64,000 nucleotides of DNA, from contig CAZNUR010000003.1 of NCBI GenBank assembly GCA_964576375.1, forward strand, positions 3,532-67,531, in the 5' to 3' direction. This DNA is from an uncultured Chitinophaga sp. (lineage in GTDB: Bacteria > Bacteroidota > Bacteroidia > Chitinophagales > Chitinophagaceae). The stretch's first letter is position 1. The number at the start of each line of letters is the position of its first letter. The translations under genes were made by a program, and so were the position numbers. The notes below the pieces were generated by a model that saw only the letters and a program-made list of their open reading frames with translations, searched no databases and was not told the origin of the DNA. Below, piece after piece: positions 1 through 10,296 of this stretch.

Positions 1-243
1 TCTGGACATACCTCTGAAGCCTTTTCATTGGCAACCACCTTAAGTTTACTCCATCCTAAATGGTATGTAATTGTACCCAGCTATACGTTTGCAAGTTTAG
101 TGGGCTATTCAAGAATATACCTGGGGGCACATTACCCCAGCGATGTAATTGCTGGTGCAATAGTTGGAGCGGGAGCAGCCTTGTTGAATTATCATCTGAT
201 CAAACATTGGCATACACACAAACGCAGACTAGCGACTCATTAA
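1..243 (+). CDS. PAP2-family phosphatase, C-terminal part (5' truncated by window edge)
   Basis: Frame is open from base 1: SGHTSEAF...SRIYLGAHYPSDV, matching the PAP2 C2 (SGH) and C3 (SRxxxxxHxxxD) motifs. Confidence 0.9.
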   Translation, partial: SGHTSEAFSLATTLSLLHPKWYVIVPSYTFASLVGYSRIYLGAHYPSDVIAGAIVGAGAALLNYHLIKHWHTHKRRLATH

Positions 244-3021
244 ACTTACTGGCCAAATAAATTCCATAAACCACCCCTTGAATCCATCAAACTGATCACG
301 GTCCAACACTCTTGATACTCGAAATCCAAAATTGACAGGATGCTGATTCCACCACTTGGTATCAAAATAAATTTCAGCACCGGCGCTTCGCTGGGGAACA
401 CTTAACCGCTTGTTGGTAGAGTAGACCCGGGTGTAGTCGTAGAATAAAGCGGCACGAATTCTTGACAAATAAGCCAGGTTGGCAAATCCCCAATCAGGAT
501 GCCAAATGGGAAAATGATAATCAATGCTAGTTCGCCACATTCTAGAAAAATAACGACCGACAAATCCACGACTGTAGGGAAAGCGATTCCCAAAAGCCAG
601 TCTTGCCAATGTATCACGTTCCTGCCAGTAAAACCCAGCCACTAAATGATGGTGCTGAAGTAACCCCGGTAAATAAGCTTTGATTTGTCCATTGAACTGT
701 ACACCCGGAATTGCAGCAATGCTATGCCTAAAAGCAGTGGCATACGTTAAACCTAGTCTTGGAAATATATGTTGCAAAGCGGTATTGGTTTGGAAAGAAC
801 CGCTGAGTCCATGTACAAAATGTTGAATAGAACGAACGCCAAAAGTATCCCGATCAAATCCCTTAAAAAAATCAGAACGCAAAACATAATGACTAGACAG
901 ATACAGCTGACGAAAATACCTACCTTTTATATCAGTAAGTGGCAATATCCACCCTATCCTTGCGTCCAGTTGATCCCAGGTTCTGGTTACACCGCGATTG
1001 GTAAACTGCCTGCTAAAAGTATAATCAAGACCTCCATTGGCTTGCAAAAACCAGTTTCCATAACTGGCTGAGGTCCCCAACCCATGTGTTCTTTCAGACT
1101 CATTATATTGATAACGAACCTCAGTTTGCATGGTGTTCAACGCATTTTCTCCAAAAAGAGTAATCGAGAAAAATGGATCCTCATATGCAGGACGCCAACT
1201 ATGAAAATTGATTAACTGTGTAGATTTTGGATAAGGCTGTGTTGGGTATAGCCCTGATTTATTAGAAAAATTTGTCCACTTGTCTGTAGTTTGCTGGAAG
1301 GCCACTTTCGGTACATCCAAAGGCTTTATCAATGATAAATCAAACTCTTTCGGCTTTAATGAATCAATCAATATCGATCGTAATTGATACCCCTCTGCCT
1401 GCTGCTCAGACCAATATATTCTATTATTAGCCACATGTACCTGGTACTTGCCAAGCCCTTTATCAATAAGACAATAAAGTTTCTTATTCAAAAGATCATA
1501 CTGATATAAGTTGTCATTGGCAGAGAATCCTGCGGAAAAAAATATTGAGCCGAAGTGATACTGGAGAAATCCAATGCTAAATGGTAAAAAAGGAGTGAGT
1601 TCCTCCTCCTTGTCTTTTGAAACTAGCAACAAAGCCATGGTGCCATTCGATTGACGTGCAGCCGTAATAACACTATCCTCTCCAATGAATTTTGGATCGG
1701 TAAGAAAATAGCCCTGAGGGGATTGGTACGTACGAATAAGCTTCCCAGTGGGGGTCTCCAACCAGTGAAGTGATGTAGAGCCCTCCTCTTGTACTTGTAC
1801 TGCCACCACCACTCCAGCTTCAGAAATATCAGGAGAGAAATAACGAGTCTTATTCGTGAGATCAACTTGAGAACGGGTTTGCACATCCAGTAATCGCAAA
1901 GCACTGTAGGTAATCCAGCCTCTGCGCGGATCCCGCTCAAAAGCCGCATAAACAATTTTGCCAGCACGGTAACTGAATTGAGGATCCAGTGCAATATCCT
2001 GCGTACGTAAACGATGTTCTTTCTCACCATCAAACAAATAAAATCCAGGCCGATGACGATTTGTCGAACGAATATAAAGCAGCGAGTCCAGGCCAACTGC
2101 ATAGGGAAATTGACGATGATCTACATAACGTTTGTTGACTCGAAACAGTGGCTCTCCAGCAGCTATCGCTTCTGTAGTTGCAGATTGTTGATAACTACTT
2201 AGAGAATTTTTGATAAATTTTTGATAAGCTAACCCAGTTTGTCTTTTTACAGCTCCTTGAAATGGATACAACAAGGATCGATAAGAAACAGCATCCCGTA
2301 TTACCTTTCCCCAAAACTGATTGCCAAATTGCTGATAGCCGTAATTCACTATCAAATAACCTAGTTCATAGTGATTGGGGACCCAATCCTTATAAGAACC
2401 GTTTCGAATTTTCATCCAGGAATAGTTTTTACCCGCAGACCAAAGTACTGGGAAACTATTCATAAAGCGGGGTAGTTTTCCTCTGCCCTGTTTACTTAAA
2501 GCCGATTCTTGCCAAACCGCATCTCCCTCAAAAAACCAATTTGGTACCGCTGCATTGATAGCTAAATCAAATGCTTGTTCACCAAAAAGCTGCAGCGCAA
2601 ACTTGCTAAGGCCCTGCTTCATACTCTCAAACTGCTCCACATGTCTGTACTCATGTAAGGCTAATTGATCAGACCAACCAATAGCCCCATTAGAAAAATT
2701 ATCGAGATCAGGTTGGAGAAACCACTCACTTCTGGTAGGCCCTACCTGCACATATCCATTAGGGATAACAGTGCGATGTTGTAGTATAATAGGTATTGGA
2801 CGAACACGAGCCCCCAACGTAATAGGACGTTCACGCGCCAGTAAATGAATCAATTTTGCTGCTCGTTGGGCTTGACTATCTAAGCCTGGTGCAAAAATGA
2901 GTTGTACCGTATCAGTTTTGATTTGCAACCAACGCTGACGGCTACGATGACCTCCAAACTGTTGAGAAAAAATAATCAACGAAAGGCCCTGAAAGAAAGC
3001 GAGTAACAGCAGTTTTCTCAT
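229..3021 (-). CDS. Exported 930-aa protein: zincin-like domain, TolB/WD40-like propeller, C-terminal Omp85-like beta-barrel
   Basis: Signal peptide ending SQQ; HEYRH plus PNWFFEGDA; propeller-like repeats (YFSPDISE, LTDPKF); barrel motifs SRGF, LFYDY, RSAGAEI. Confidence 0.65.
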   Translation of the reverse strand: MRKLLLLAFFQGLSLIIFSQQFGGHRSRQRWLQIKTDTVQLIFAPGLDSQAQRAAKLIHLLARERPITLGARVRPIPIILQHRTVIPNGYVQVGPTRSEWFLQPDLDNFSNGAIGWSDQLALHEYRHVEQFESMKQGLSKFALQLFGEQAFDLAINAAVPNWFFEGDAVWQESALSKQGRGKLPRFMNSFPVLWSAGKNYSWMKIRNGSYKDWVPNHYELGYLIVNYGYQQFGNQFWGKVIRDAVSYRSLLYPFQGAVKRQTGLAYQKFIKNSLSSYQQSATTEAIAAGEPLFRVNKRYVDHRQFPYAVGLDSLLYIRSTNRHRPGFYLFDGEKEHRLRTQDIALDPQFSYRAGKIVYAAFERDPRRGWITYSALRLLDVQTRSQVDLTNKTRYFSPDISEAGVVVAVQVQEEGSTSLHWLETPTGKLIRTYQSPQGYFLTDPKFIGEDSVITAARQSNGTMALLLVSKDKEEELTPFLPFSIGFLQYHFGSIFFSAGFSANDNLYQYDLLNKKLYCLIDKGLGKYQVHVANNRIYWSEQQAEGYQLRSILIDSLKPKEFDLSLIKPLDVPKVAFQQTTDKWTNFSNKSGLYPTQPYPKSTQLINFHSWRPAYEDPFFSITLFGENALNTMQTEVRYQYNESERTHGLGTSASYGNWFLQANGGLDYTFSRQFTNRGVTRTWDQLDARIGWILPLTDIKGRYFRQLYLSSHYVLRSDFFKGFDRDTFGVRSIQHFVHGLSGSFQTNTALQHIFPRLGLTYATAFRHSIAAIPGVQFNGQIKAYLPGLLQHHHLVAGFYWQERDTLARLAFGNRFPYSRGFVGRYFSRMWRTSIDYHFPIWHPDWGFANLAYLSRIRAALFYDYTRVYSTNKRLSVPQRSAGAEIYFDTKWWNQHPVNFGFRVSRVLDRDQFDGFKGWFMEFIWPVSLMSR

Positions 3022-3025
3022 GATC

Positions 3026-3970
3026 TCATCGAGGTAGATTCTTCAACATATCTTCTGTCATAGATGCCAAATTGAATTCTTCCTTCCATCCCCAGTCCGC
3101 TCGGGCCGGTGAATCATCTATACTTTGGGGCCAACTGTCTGCAATTTGTTGTCTGTAATCTGGAGCAATTCTCATTTCAAATTCTGGTATATGACGCTGT
3201 ATAGCTGCACATACTTCGCTAGGCGAAAAACTCATACCAGAGAGATTATACGAAGTTCTAATTTTTATTGAATCAGTGGGCGCTTCCATCAATTCGAGGG
3301 TAGCTCTAATGGCATCAGGCATATACATCATGGGCAAATAGGTATCCTCTTTTAGAAAACAGGTGTATTTTTTTTTCGATAACGCTTCACGATAAATCTC
3401 TACTGCATAATCCGTAGTGCCTCCACCAGGTTCAGACTTGTAGGAAATTAATCCTGGATACCGAATACTACGCACATCCACTCCATAACGATGCCAATAA
3501 TAATTGCACCAAAACTCTCCCGCATACTTACTGATACCATACACCGTAGTTGGCTCAATAACCGTATGCTGTGGACAGTTAACACGAGGAGAGGTAGGAC
3601 CGAACACAGCAATGGAGGAAGGCCAAAAAATCTTGCTCAATTTTTCTTCACGGGCTATGTCTAACAAATTCAATAGCCCTTGCATATTTAAGTTCCAGGC
3701 TAAGGATGGATTTTTTTCTCCGGTGGCGGATAAAATAGCAGCCAACAAATATACCTGCGTAATATTTTGACGAATAATTTGAACATGTAGCATCTCTTTA
3801 TTCATCACATCCAATGAAACATAGGGACCCGTGCCTTGTAGTAACGGGTTTTGTTCGCGCAAGTCAGCAGCCACTACTTGATTTTCTCCATATATCTTTC
3901 GTAGTGCCAGAGTTAACTCCACTCCTATTTGCCCAGAAGCGCCAATTACTAGGATTTTCTCTTTTCGCAT
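3026..3970 (-). CDS. SDR-type L-threonine 3-dehydrogenase / NAD-dependent epimerase
   Basis: GASGQIG NAD motif, YGISK catalytic motif, PGGGTTDY and LPMMYMPD typical of SDR-type ThrDH. Confidence 0.85.
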   Translation of the reverse strand: MRKEKILVIGASGQIGVELTLALRKIYGENQVVAADLREQNPLLQGTGPYVSLDVMNKEMLHVQIIRQNITQVYLLAAILSATGEKNPSLAWNLNMQGLLNLLDIAREEKLSKIFWPSSIAVFGPTSPRVNCPQHTVIEPTTVYGISKYAGEFWCNYYWHRYGVDVRSIRYPGLISYKSEPGGGTTDYAVEIYREALSKKKYTCFLKEDTYLPMMYMPDAIRATLELMEAPTDSIKIRTSYNLSGMSFSPSEVCAAIQRHIPEFEMRIAPDYRQQIADSWPQSIDDSPARADWGWKEEFNLASMTEDMLKNLPR

Positions 3971-3998
3971 GGCAAGGTTTTATAGACAAACTTAGCAT

Positions 3999-4006
3999 TA
4001 CTTTTG
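3999..4006 (+). promoter_or_regulatory. Bacteroidota sigma-A -7 box (TACTTTTG) for kdsA
   Basis: Exact TAnnTTTG, 4 nt before the ATG at 4011. Confidence 0.7.
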
Positions 4007-4010
4007 CAAG

Positions 4011-4850
4011 ATGAAACCCTTTCTAAAAACCCTTTTCCAGGATCAATCGTATAACCAAGATTTCTTTTTCCTAATGGCCGGGCCCTGTGTGGTTGAATCC
4101 GAGAAAGGGGCCATGGAGATTGCCTCCGTCATTAGCGAAATTTGTCAACGCCTTCAAATCCCCTACGTTTTCAAGGCCTCTTATCGCAAAGCAAACAGGA
4201 CAAGCGCCTCCTCATTTACAGGCATAGGAGACCTCAACGCATTAGAGATTTTGCAAAAGATCCGTACAAGCTACAAGGTTCCAGTTGTTACCGACATCCA
4301 TACAGCCGAAGAAGCCAAACTAGCAGCCCCTTATGTAGATATATTACAAATCCCCGCATTCCTATGCAGGCAAACAGATCTTTTACTGGCAGCTGCGGAA
4401 ACTGGTAAAATAGTCAACATAAAAAAGGGACAGTTTTTAAGTGGCCCTGCTATGCGTTTTGCCGCAGAGAAAATAAAAGCTGCTGGCAATGAAAAAGTGT
4501 TACTAACTGAAAGAGGTACCACATTTGGTTACCAGGACCTAGTAGTTGATTTTAGAAATATTCCTTGGATGCAGGAAATCGGCGTCCCGGTTGTAATGGA
4601 TGTAACACATTCCTTGCAGCAACCGAACCAAACAACAGGGGTTACAGGTGGCAATCCTCAACTCATTGGGACCTTGGCAAAGGCCGCCATTGCCACAGGA
4701 GCAGAAGGCTTATTTATAGAAACACACCCAAACCCATCCCAAGCAAAAAGTGATGGAGCCAACATGCTCCCACTACATCAACTTGAACCGTTGTTGAAAC
4801 AATTGCTTAAAATCAAGAGAGCGATCAGTACTAACGAAGATCCTCAATAG
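4011..4850 (+). CDS. kdsA: KDO 8-phosphate synthase
   Basis: AGPCVVES, FKASYRKANRTS, QIPAFLCRQTDL, KKGQF, ERG motifs. Confidence 0.97.
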   Translation: MKPFLKTLFQDQSYNQDFFFLMAGPCVVESEKGAMEIASVISEICQRLQIPYVFKASYRKANRTSASSFTGIGDLNALEILQKIRTSYKVPVVTDIHTAEEAKLAAPYVDILQIPAFLCRQTDLLLAAAETGKIVNIKKGQFLSGPAMRFAAEKIKAAGNEKVLLTERGTTFGYQDLVVDFRNIPWMQEIGVPVVMDVTHSLQQPNQTTGVTGGNPQLIGTLAKAAIATGAEGLFIETHPNPSQAKSDGANMLPLHQLEPLLKQLLKIKRAISTNEDPQ

Positions 4851-5493
4851 TTACACCAGGAAATTTAGCCTTATCGAATACAAAAAGTGCATCTGCAGCT
4901 GGTAGATTTGTCTTTAGTGTATTGACAGTATAGGAATAACGATTACCAGCATTTTCCATTACTTTAGTTGAATACATCGTCTTGGCATTCTTGTCAATCA
5001 ACACGTAAACCGTGTGAAAATTTTTACTTTTATCAACCGGAGTTAATTGAATTTCTTGCACCAACCGCGTTCCCACTTTTTTCTCACCATTTAACAAGTA
5101 GAAAAAATCCTTGTCATAAAAATTTGAAAACAATTTTTGAGGAGTAATCATTCCACTAGACGCATCAAGGGTGTTAATTGTAACCTCATTCGCTGCTTTA
5201 TCATAATTCCACACTGTATTTCCGTTGCAGAAAATTTCTTGGCCGCCAAAGCTTAATTTGTAACGGGTACCCTTCATTGTAATGGTGCCAGATTTGGTAG
5301 AGAGGACTTTTCCTGCTGCATTTTCTACCTTGTAGGTAAAACTCGCCTGAACGGTAGAGAAGGATTTAAATCGTGTGCTAACAGCATCTAGCACCTTCTT
5401 TGCTTCCGGATCGTTTTTTGTAGACTTTGTTTGCGCCTGCGTTGACCCTACCAGAAGGGTAAACAGAATAAATAATACGGAGGGTGTTTTCAT
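4831..5493 (-). CDS. lolA: Outer-membrane lipoprotein carrier LolA family (likely start 5493, MKTPS)
   Basis: Signal peptide, CNGNTVWNYD LolA-like segment, directly downstream of ftsK; TATCTTTG box at 5524-5531 supports the shorter start. Confidence 0.85.
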   Translation of the reverse strand: MKTPSVLFILFTLLVGSTQAQTKSTKNDPEAKKVLDAVSTRFKSFSTVQASFTYKVENAAGKVLSTKSGTITMKGTRYKLSFGGQEIFCNGNTVWNYDKAANEVTINTLDASSGMITPQKLFSNFYDKDFFYLLNGEKKVGTRLVQEIQLTPVDKSKNFHTVYVLIDKNAKTMYSTKVMENAGNRYSYTVNTLKTNLPAADALFVFDKAKFPGVTIEDLR

Positions 5494-5538
5494 GAGGTTG
5501 ATCCTGCCTTGAGATTGGCGATGCAAAGATAGTTCAAA

Positions 5539-8139
5539 TCAACCCATGTTTTCGAGGTGCCGAATAAGGTCAGCCTCAGTTTTGATGAGCACATCCCGGG
5601 GTTTACTACCCTGACTTGGGCCCACAATACCTGCAATTTCCAGTTGGTCCATCAGGCGACCTGCTCTATTGTACCCAAGTTTCATACGTCGTTGTAAGAG
5701 AGAGGTCGAGCCGATTTGATTTTGTACAATTAGCTTGGCGGCATCCTCAAATAAGGAATCCCGGTCTGACATATCCAACTCCCCACGGGCTTCGGCCTCT
5801 TTTTCGTCAATATATTCAGGCAATAAAAAGGCCTGCGGATATCCCTGTTGCTCCCCAATGAAGTCTACAACTTGTTCTACCTCAGGTGTATCAACAAAGG
5901 CGCATTGCAAACGTGTTAACTCCCCGTTATGAGAGATAAGCATATCGCCCTTTCCAATCAACTGCTCAGCCCCTCCTGTATCCAAAATGGTTCTCGAATC
6001 AATTTTGGAAGAGACCTTAAAGGCAATACGGGCAGGGAAGTTTGCTTTAATAGTACCCGTAATGATATTTACGGAGGGGCGCTGGGTGGCAATAATCAAG
6101 TGAATCCCAATAGCCCGGGCCAGCTGCGCTAAACGAGCGATGGGCATTTCCACCTCTTTGCCAGCCGTCATTATCAAATCAGCAAATTCATCGACCACCA
6201 ACACAATAAAGGGTAAATAAGAATGCCCTTTCTGAGGATTTAGCTTTCTGTTAATAAACTTTTCGTTGTACTCTTTTATGTTTCGAGCCCCTGCCTCTTT
6301 GAGTAAATCATACCGATTATCCATTTCAATACATAGCGCATTGAGTGTATGGATTACTTTTTTAGTATCAGTAATAATTGCATCCTCCTCTCCAGGTAGT
6401 TTAGCCAAGAAATGGCGCTCGATATGCCGGTAAATACTAAGCTCCACTTTTTTGGGGTCGATCAAAACAAATTTTAGCTGGGAAGGATGTTTTTTATATA
6501 GTAATGAAACCAAGATAGCATTGAGACCAACAGATTTACCTTGACCAGTAGCCCCCGCCATCAGCAAGTGAGGCATCGAGGCTAAGTCAACGATATAGTT
6601 ATCGTTATCAATTTTCTTTCCAATAGCAATTGGTAGACTATAATTATTGTGCTGGAATTTTTCAGAAGACAATAAAGTCTTCATGCTCACAATGGTCTTC
6701 TTGAGGTTTGGAACTTCGATACCAATAGTTCCTTTTCCAGGTATAGGCGCTATAATACGAATACCCAACGCCGCTAAACTCAAGGCAATATCATCTTCTA
6801 AGTTCTTGATCCGAGAAATACGAACTCCAGGAGCAGGTACAATTTCATAAAGTGTTACGGTAGGACCCACCGTAGCACTGATTTTCTGAATTTCAATCGC
6901 ATAATTCCGGAGCGTGTTAATGATTTGGGTTTTATTACTTTCCAACTCACTGGGATCATGCACGATCTTTTCAGAACCGTGCTGCTCTAATAGTTGCAGC
7001 GTGGGATATTTATACTTGCTTAAATCAAGTGTTGGCTCATACGGTGGAAGATTTTCAGGAACGGCCTCGGCCTCCTCAATAACAGGATCAGGAACCGTTT
7101 TAATTTCTAATTCGAGGTCTCCCTCTTCAACTGGCGGCAAGATTTCAGAGGCAGACTCTACCTCTTCCACGGGTGTTTCTAAAAGGGGCGGCTCTTCTTG
7201 AGGAGTTGGCTCTGGAATTAAGGGAACAGAAATAGCTTCGGATTCTTGAACCGGAGCTTGGTCAGTAGTTAAAGGAAGTTCATGCTCGACTAAACTTAAT
7301 GGAATTGATTCAGCTTCTTCCACTGGTGGAACCAGCATGGCCGTTTCCTCTTTTAGTTGATTAGGACGAACCCCTGCTGCATATAAATCATTGAGGGTTT
7401 GCCCAGCGGCCAGTGGCACAAATTGATTTTGCTCCTCGTTGGAATTGGCCTCTTCAGGTAGCAACTCATTTTCCTCCTCAATCTCTTCTTGCTTCGGTTT
7501 ACGAACAGGCCATTTAAAGGTGGGGTTGAATTGCCAAATAATGTAAGCAAAAGCAGTTAAGAATAAAATAGCGCCAGTTCCCACCACACCAAAAATACCT
7601 TCCATCTCTACTTTTATTAATTCCCCCACCCCACCTCCATAAGAAAAATCACTAGACCGAAAAATATAAGATAGAGATACAGACAATACGGTAACACCAA
7701 TGGTTACATACTTCAAATTCCTCCAAATGGAAAACACACGTTGACGAAATAACAAATTAACCCCTACAACAAAAAAGAAAGTGCAAACCAAGAAGGAGGC
7801 GAGTCCAAAAGCTTTGAAAAAGAAAAAATGAGCAACAACGGCTCCTAAACGTCCCAGCCAGTTAAGTGCAGGCTTGTCATCCTCCAATAAGGCAGAGAAC
7901 CCTTGTTGTGCAATGGCCTGATCCTCTTGCCATGTGAAAAGGTATGAAGCAAAAGAAATAAATAAAAACAAAGAGAGAATAATAAAGGTGAACCCTACAA
8001 TTTTCCAAGTACGTTCGTCTTTTAATAAGGCGACCAAATCAAGCTGGGCTTCTGGTTCTTTTTTAAAATCACGAAGCGTGGGATCTTTGTCCGTTTCTTT
8101 TTCCTTTTTTGAATTACTTGATTTGATGCGATTGGCCAT
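5539..8139 (-). CDS. ftsK: DNA translocase FtsK (likely start 8139, MANRIK)
   Basis: N-terminal TM domain, acidic Pro-rich linker, GATGQGKS Walker A, VVDEFADL, gamma domain LQRRMKLGYNRAGR. Confidence 0.97.
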   Translation of the reverse strand: MANRIKSSNSKKEKETDKDPTLRDFKKEPEAQLDLVALLKDERTWKIVGFTFIILSLFLFISFASYLFTWQEDQAIAQQGFSALLEDDKPALNWLGRLGAVVAHFFFFKAFGLASFLVCTFFFVVGVNLLFRQRVFSIWRNLKYVTIGVTVLSVSLSYIFRSSDFSYGGGVGELIKVEMEGIFGVVGTGAILFLTAFAYIIWQFNPTFKWPVRKPKQEEIEEENELLPEEANSNEEQNQFVPLAAGQTLNDLYAAGVRPNQLKEETAMLVPPVEEAESIPLSLVEHELPLTTDQAPVQESEAISVPLIPEPTPQEEPPLLETPVEEVESASEILPPVEEGDLELEIKTVPDPVIEEAEAVPENLPPYEPTLDLSKYKYPTLQLLEQHGSEKIVHDPSELESNKTQIINTLRNYAIEIQKISATVGPTVTLYEIVPAPGVRISRIKNLEDDIALSLAALGIRIIAPIPGKGTIGIEVPNLKKTIVSMKTLLSSEKFQHNNYSLPIAIGKKIDNDNYIVDLASMPHLLMAGATGQGKSVGLNAILVSLLYKKHPSQLKFVLIDPKKVELSIYRHIERHFLAKLPGEEDAIITDTKKVIHTLNALCIEMDNRYDLLKEAGARNIKEYNEKFINRKLNPQKGHSYLPFIVLVVDEFADLIMTAGKEVEMPIARLAQLARAIGIHLIIATQRPSVNIITGTIKANFPARIAFKVSSKIDSRTILDTGGAEQLIGKGDMLISHNGELTRLQCAFVDTPEVEQVVDFIGEQQGYPQAFLLPEYIDEKEAEARGELDMSDRDSLFEDAAKLIVQNQIGSTSLLQRRMKLGYNRAGRLMDQLEIAGIVGPSQGSKPRDVLIKTEADLIRHLENMG

Positions 8140-8144
8140 CCAAA

Positions 8145-8152
8145 CAAAGATA
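8145..8152 (-). promoter_or_regulatory. -7 box (TATCTTTG) for ftsK
   Basis: Exact TAnnTTTG on the minus strand, 5 nt before the ATG at 8139. Confidence 0.65.
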
Positions 8153-8153
8153 A

Positions 8154-8555
8154 TTAGTTTGACTGTTTGAATGAAGCAAAAGAGAGCCCTAATAAAACCC
8201 AACCGGTGATCAATAAAAGTCCGCCGACTGGAGTGACAAAAACAATCCATTTGAGCGATTGAATCTCCTGAATACGCAAATAAGTAAGCAAATACAAAGA
8301 GCCACTAAAACAAACCAACCCTGCCAAAAAAGATTGCCTTGCCCAATAATTGAACTTTGCTTGGCCATAGGGAGCTAATAAGCCTGTCAACAATAACGCT
8401 ATAGCATGCCAAAAGTGATATTGCACAGCAGTTTGATAGGTCTGAATCACCGTGGCCTCCTGGGTAAGTTGCTGCAACCCATGTGCACCAAAAGCTCCTG
8501 CTGCAACAGCGATAGCTGCAAATACAGCTGCCAGGAAAAAATTTAATTTATCCAT
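8154..8555 (-). CDS. DUF423 (YgdD/TMEM256) membrane protein
   Basis: GAFGAHGL, YHFWHA, FSGSLY, TPVGG motifs. Confidence 0.92.
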   Translation of the reverse strand: MDKLNFFLAAVFAAIAVAAGAFGAHGLQQLTQEATVIQTYQTAVQYHFWHAIALLLTGLLAPYGQAKFNYWARQSFLAGLVCFSGSLYLLTYLRIQEIQSLKWIVFVTPVGGLLLITGWVLLGLSFASFKQSN

Positions 8556-9054
8556 GCTGGATTAGTTTAAGAAGATGCATTGGCTCAGCAATTGCCGCCT
8601 GTATCCTGTAGTGCGCCTGTTCGTAAAAAGGTGAGCGCATTGATAATTTCATTTGTACGTAACCTTCCAAATCAGAGGGAGAAACAGTGTTCAGCAATGG
8701 ACGAGTATGCAATTCAAGTTTTAATCGCTCAACCAACACTGCAACTGGGGGATCAAGCCAAATAACAGTACCATTTTTTTTCATGAAATCAATGTTATCA
8801 AAAAAGCAAGGAGTTCCTCCTCCACAACTCAGCACCAAGTTGGAATTAATGGTAGTCAGTTCCTGCAAACACTTTTGCTCTATTGACCTAAAATAATCTT
8901 CTCCCTTTTGCTCAAACAAAACAGAGATGGATTGCCCCTCCTGCTGTTCTATGTATGCATCCAGATCTAAAAAGGGAAAACCAGATACTAACCCAACCTG
9001 TTTTCCCATCCAGGTTTTCCCGGCTCCCATAAAACCAATCAAATAAACTCGCAA
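8548..9054 (-). CDS. aroK: Shikimate kinase (TTG start)
   Basis: GFMGAGKT P-loop, DLD, GEDYFRSIE, CGGG, RPLL. Confidence 0.95.
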   Translation of the reverse strand: MRVYLIGFMGAGKTWMGKQVGLVSGFPFLDLDAYIEQQEGQSISVLFEQKGEDYFRSIEQKCLQELTTINSNLVLSCGGGTPCFFDNIDFMKKNGTVIWLDPPVAVLVERLKLELHTRPLLNTVSPSDLEGYVQMKLSMRSPFYEQAHYRIQAAIAEPMHLLKLIQHG

Positions 9055-9061
9055 ATACTAC

Positions 9062-10246
9062 CTATTTAAAAGCATTGATTCCTGTAATGTCCATGCCTGT
9101 AATCAACAAGTGAATATCATGTGTTCCCTCGTACGTGATAACACTCTCCAAATTCATCATATGACGCATAATTGGATACTCACCTGTAATACCCATTCCT
9201 CCAAGTACCTGCCTAGCCTCTCTACAAATGGTAGTGGCCACCTCACATGCATTACGCTTTGCCATACTTACCTGTTGTGGCGTAACCTTTCCCTCATTCA
9301 TTAAAACACCCAATCGCCAGTTTAATAACTGCGCTTTGGTAATTTCCGTGAGCATCTCTGCTAACTTTTTTTGTTGCAACTGAAATGCCGCGATGGGCTT
9401 CCCAAATTGCTCTCGCTCTTTGGCATAACGTAGCGCCGTATCATAGCAATCCATCGCAGCACCAATGGCACCCCATGCAATTCCAAATCGGGCCTTGGTC
9501 AAACAACTCAATGGACCTTTTAAACCTTTTACGCCAGGTAAAATATTTTTCTTAGGCACTGATACATTATCGAACACAAGTTCTCCAGTTGCCGATGCCC
9601 TTAAACTCCACTTGCCATGCGTGGTAGGAGTAGAAAATCCCTTCATGCCTCGTTCAACAATCAAACCATGTACCTCTCCACTTTCATTCTTTGCCCAAAC
9701 AACTGCAACTTGTGCAAAAGGAGCATTGCTGATCCACATCTTTGCACCATTCAAGATCACATGGTCTCCTGCATCACGAAAATTCGTAAGCATACTGGAT
9801 GGATCACTTCCGTGGTTAGGCTCCGTCAAACCAAAACAACCCAGCCACTCACCACTCGCTAGCTTGGGTAAGAAGTGCTTTTTTTGTTCCTCACTTCCGT
9901 ATGCCTGAATAGGATACATCACTAAAGAACCTTGTACGGAAGCCGTTGACCGCACGCCGCTATCGCCGCGCTCCAGCTCCTGCATCATTAACCCGTAAGA
10001 AATGTAATCCAACCCTCCACCTCCATACTCTACAGGCACAGTAGGACCAAAACAACCCAGCTCACCAAGTTGTCTCACAATATGCTCGGGAAACTCCGCC
10101 CTTTGCGCATAATCCTCTATGATAGGAGAGATTTCTTTTTTCACATAGTTTCGAACAGAGTCCCTCACCATCTTATGCTCTTCAGTCAACAAAGCATCCA
10201 ACTCAAAATAATCGGGATGTTGAAATAGATCAGTTCTGGCAGCCAT
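9062..10246 (-). CDS. gcdH: Acyl-CoA dehydrogenase, glutaryl-CoA dehydrogenase-like
   Basis: ELERGDSGVRS, GCFGLTEPNHGSDP, NLESVITYEGTHDIH. Confidence 0.85.
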   Translation of the reverse strand: MAARTDLFQHPDYFELDALLTEEHKMVRDSVRNYVKKEISPIIEDYAQRAEFPEHIVRQLGELGCFGPTVPVEYGGGGLDYISYGLMMQELERGDSGVRSTASVQGSLVMYPIQAYGSEEQKKHFLPKLASGEWLGCFGLTEPNHGSDPSSMLTNFRDAGDHVILNGAKMWISNAPFAQVAVVWAKNESGEVHGLIVERGMKGFSTPTTHGKWSLRASATGELVFDNVSVPKKNILPGVKGLKGPLSCLTKARFGIAWGAIGAAMDCYDTALRYAKEREQFGKPIAAFQLQQKKLAEMLTEITKAQLLNWRLGVLMNEGKVTPQQVSMAKRNACEVATTICREARQVLGGMGITGEYPIMRHMMNLESVITYEGTHDIHLLITGMDITGINAFK

Positions 10247-10296
10247 CGCTTAATTAATTTAACATCAAAAGTAAAGAAGGAATAGGTAATCAGCCC

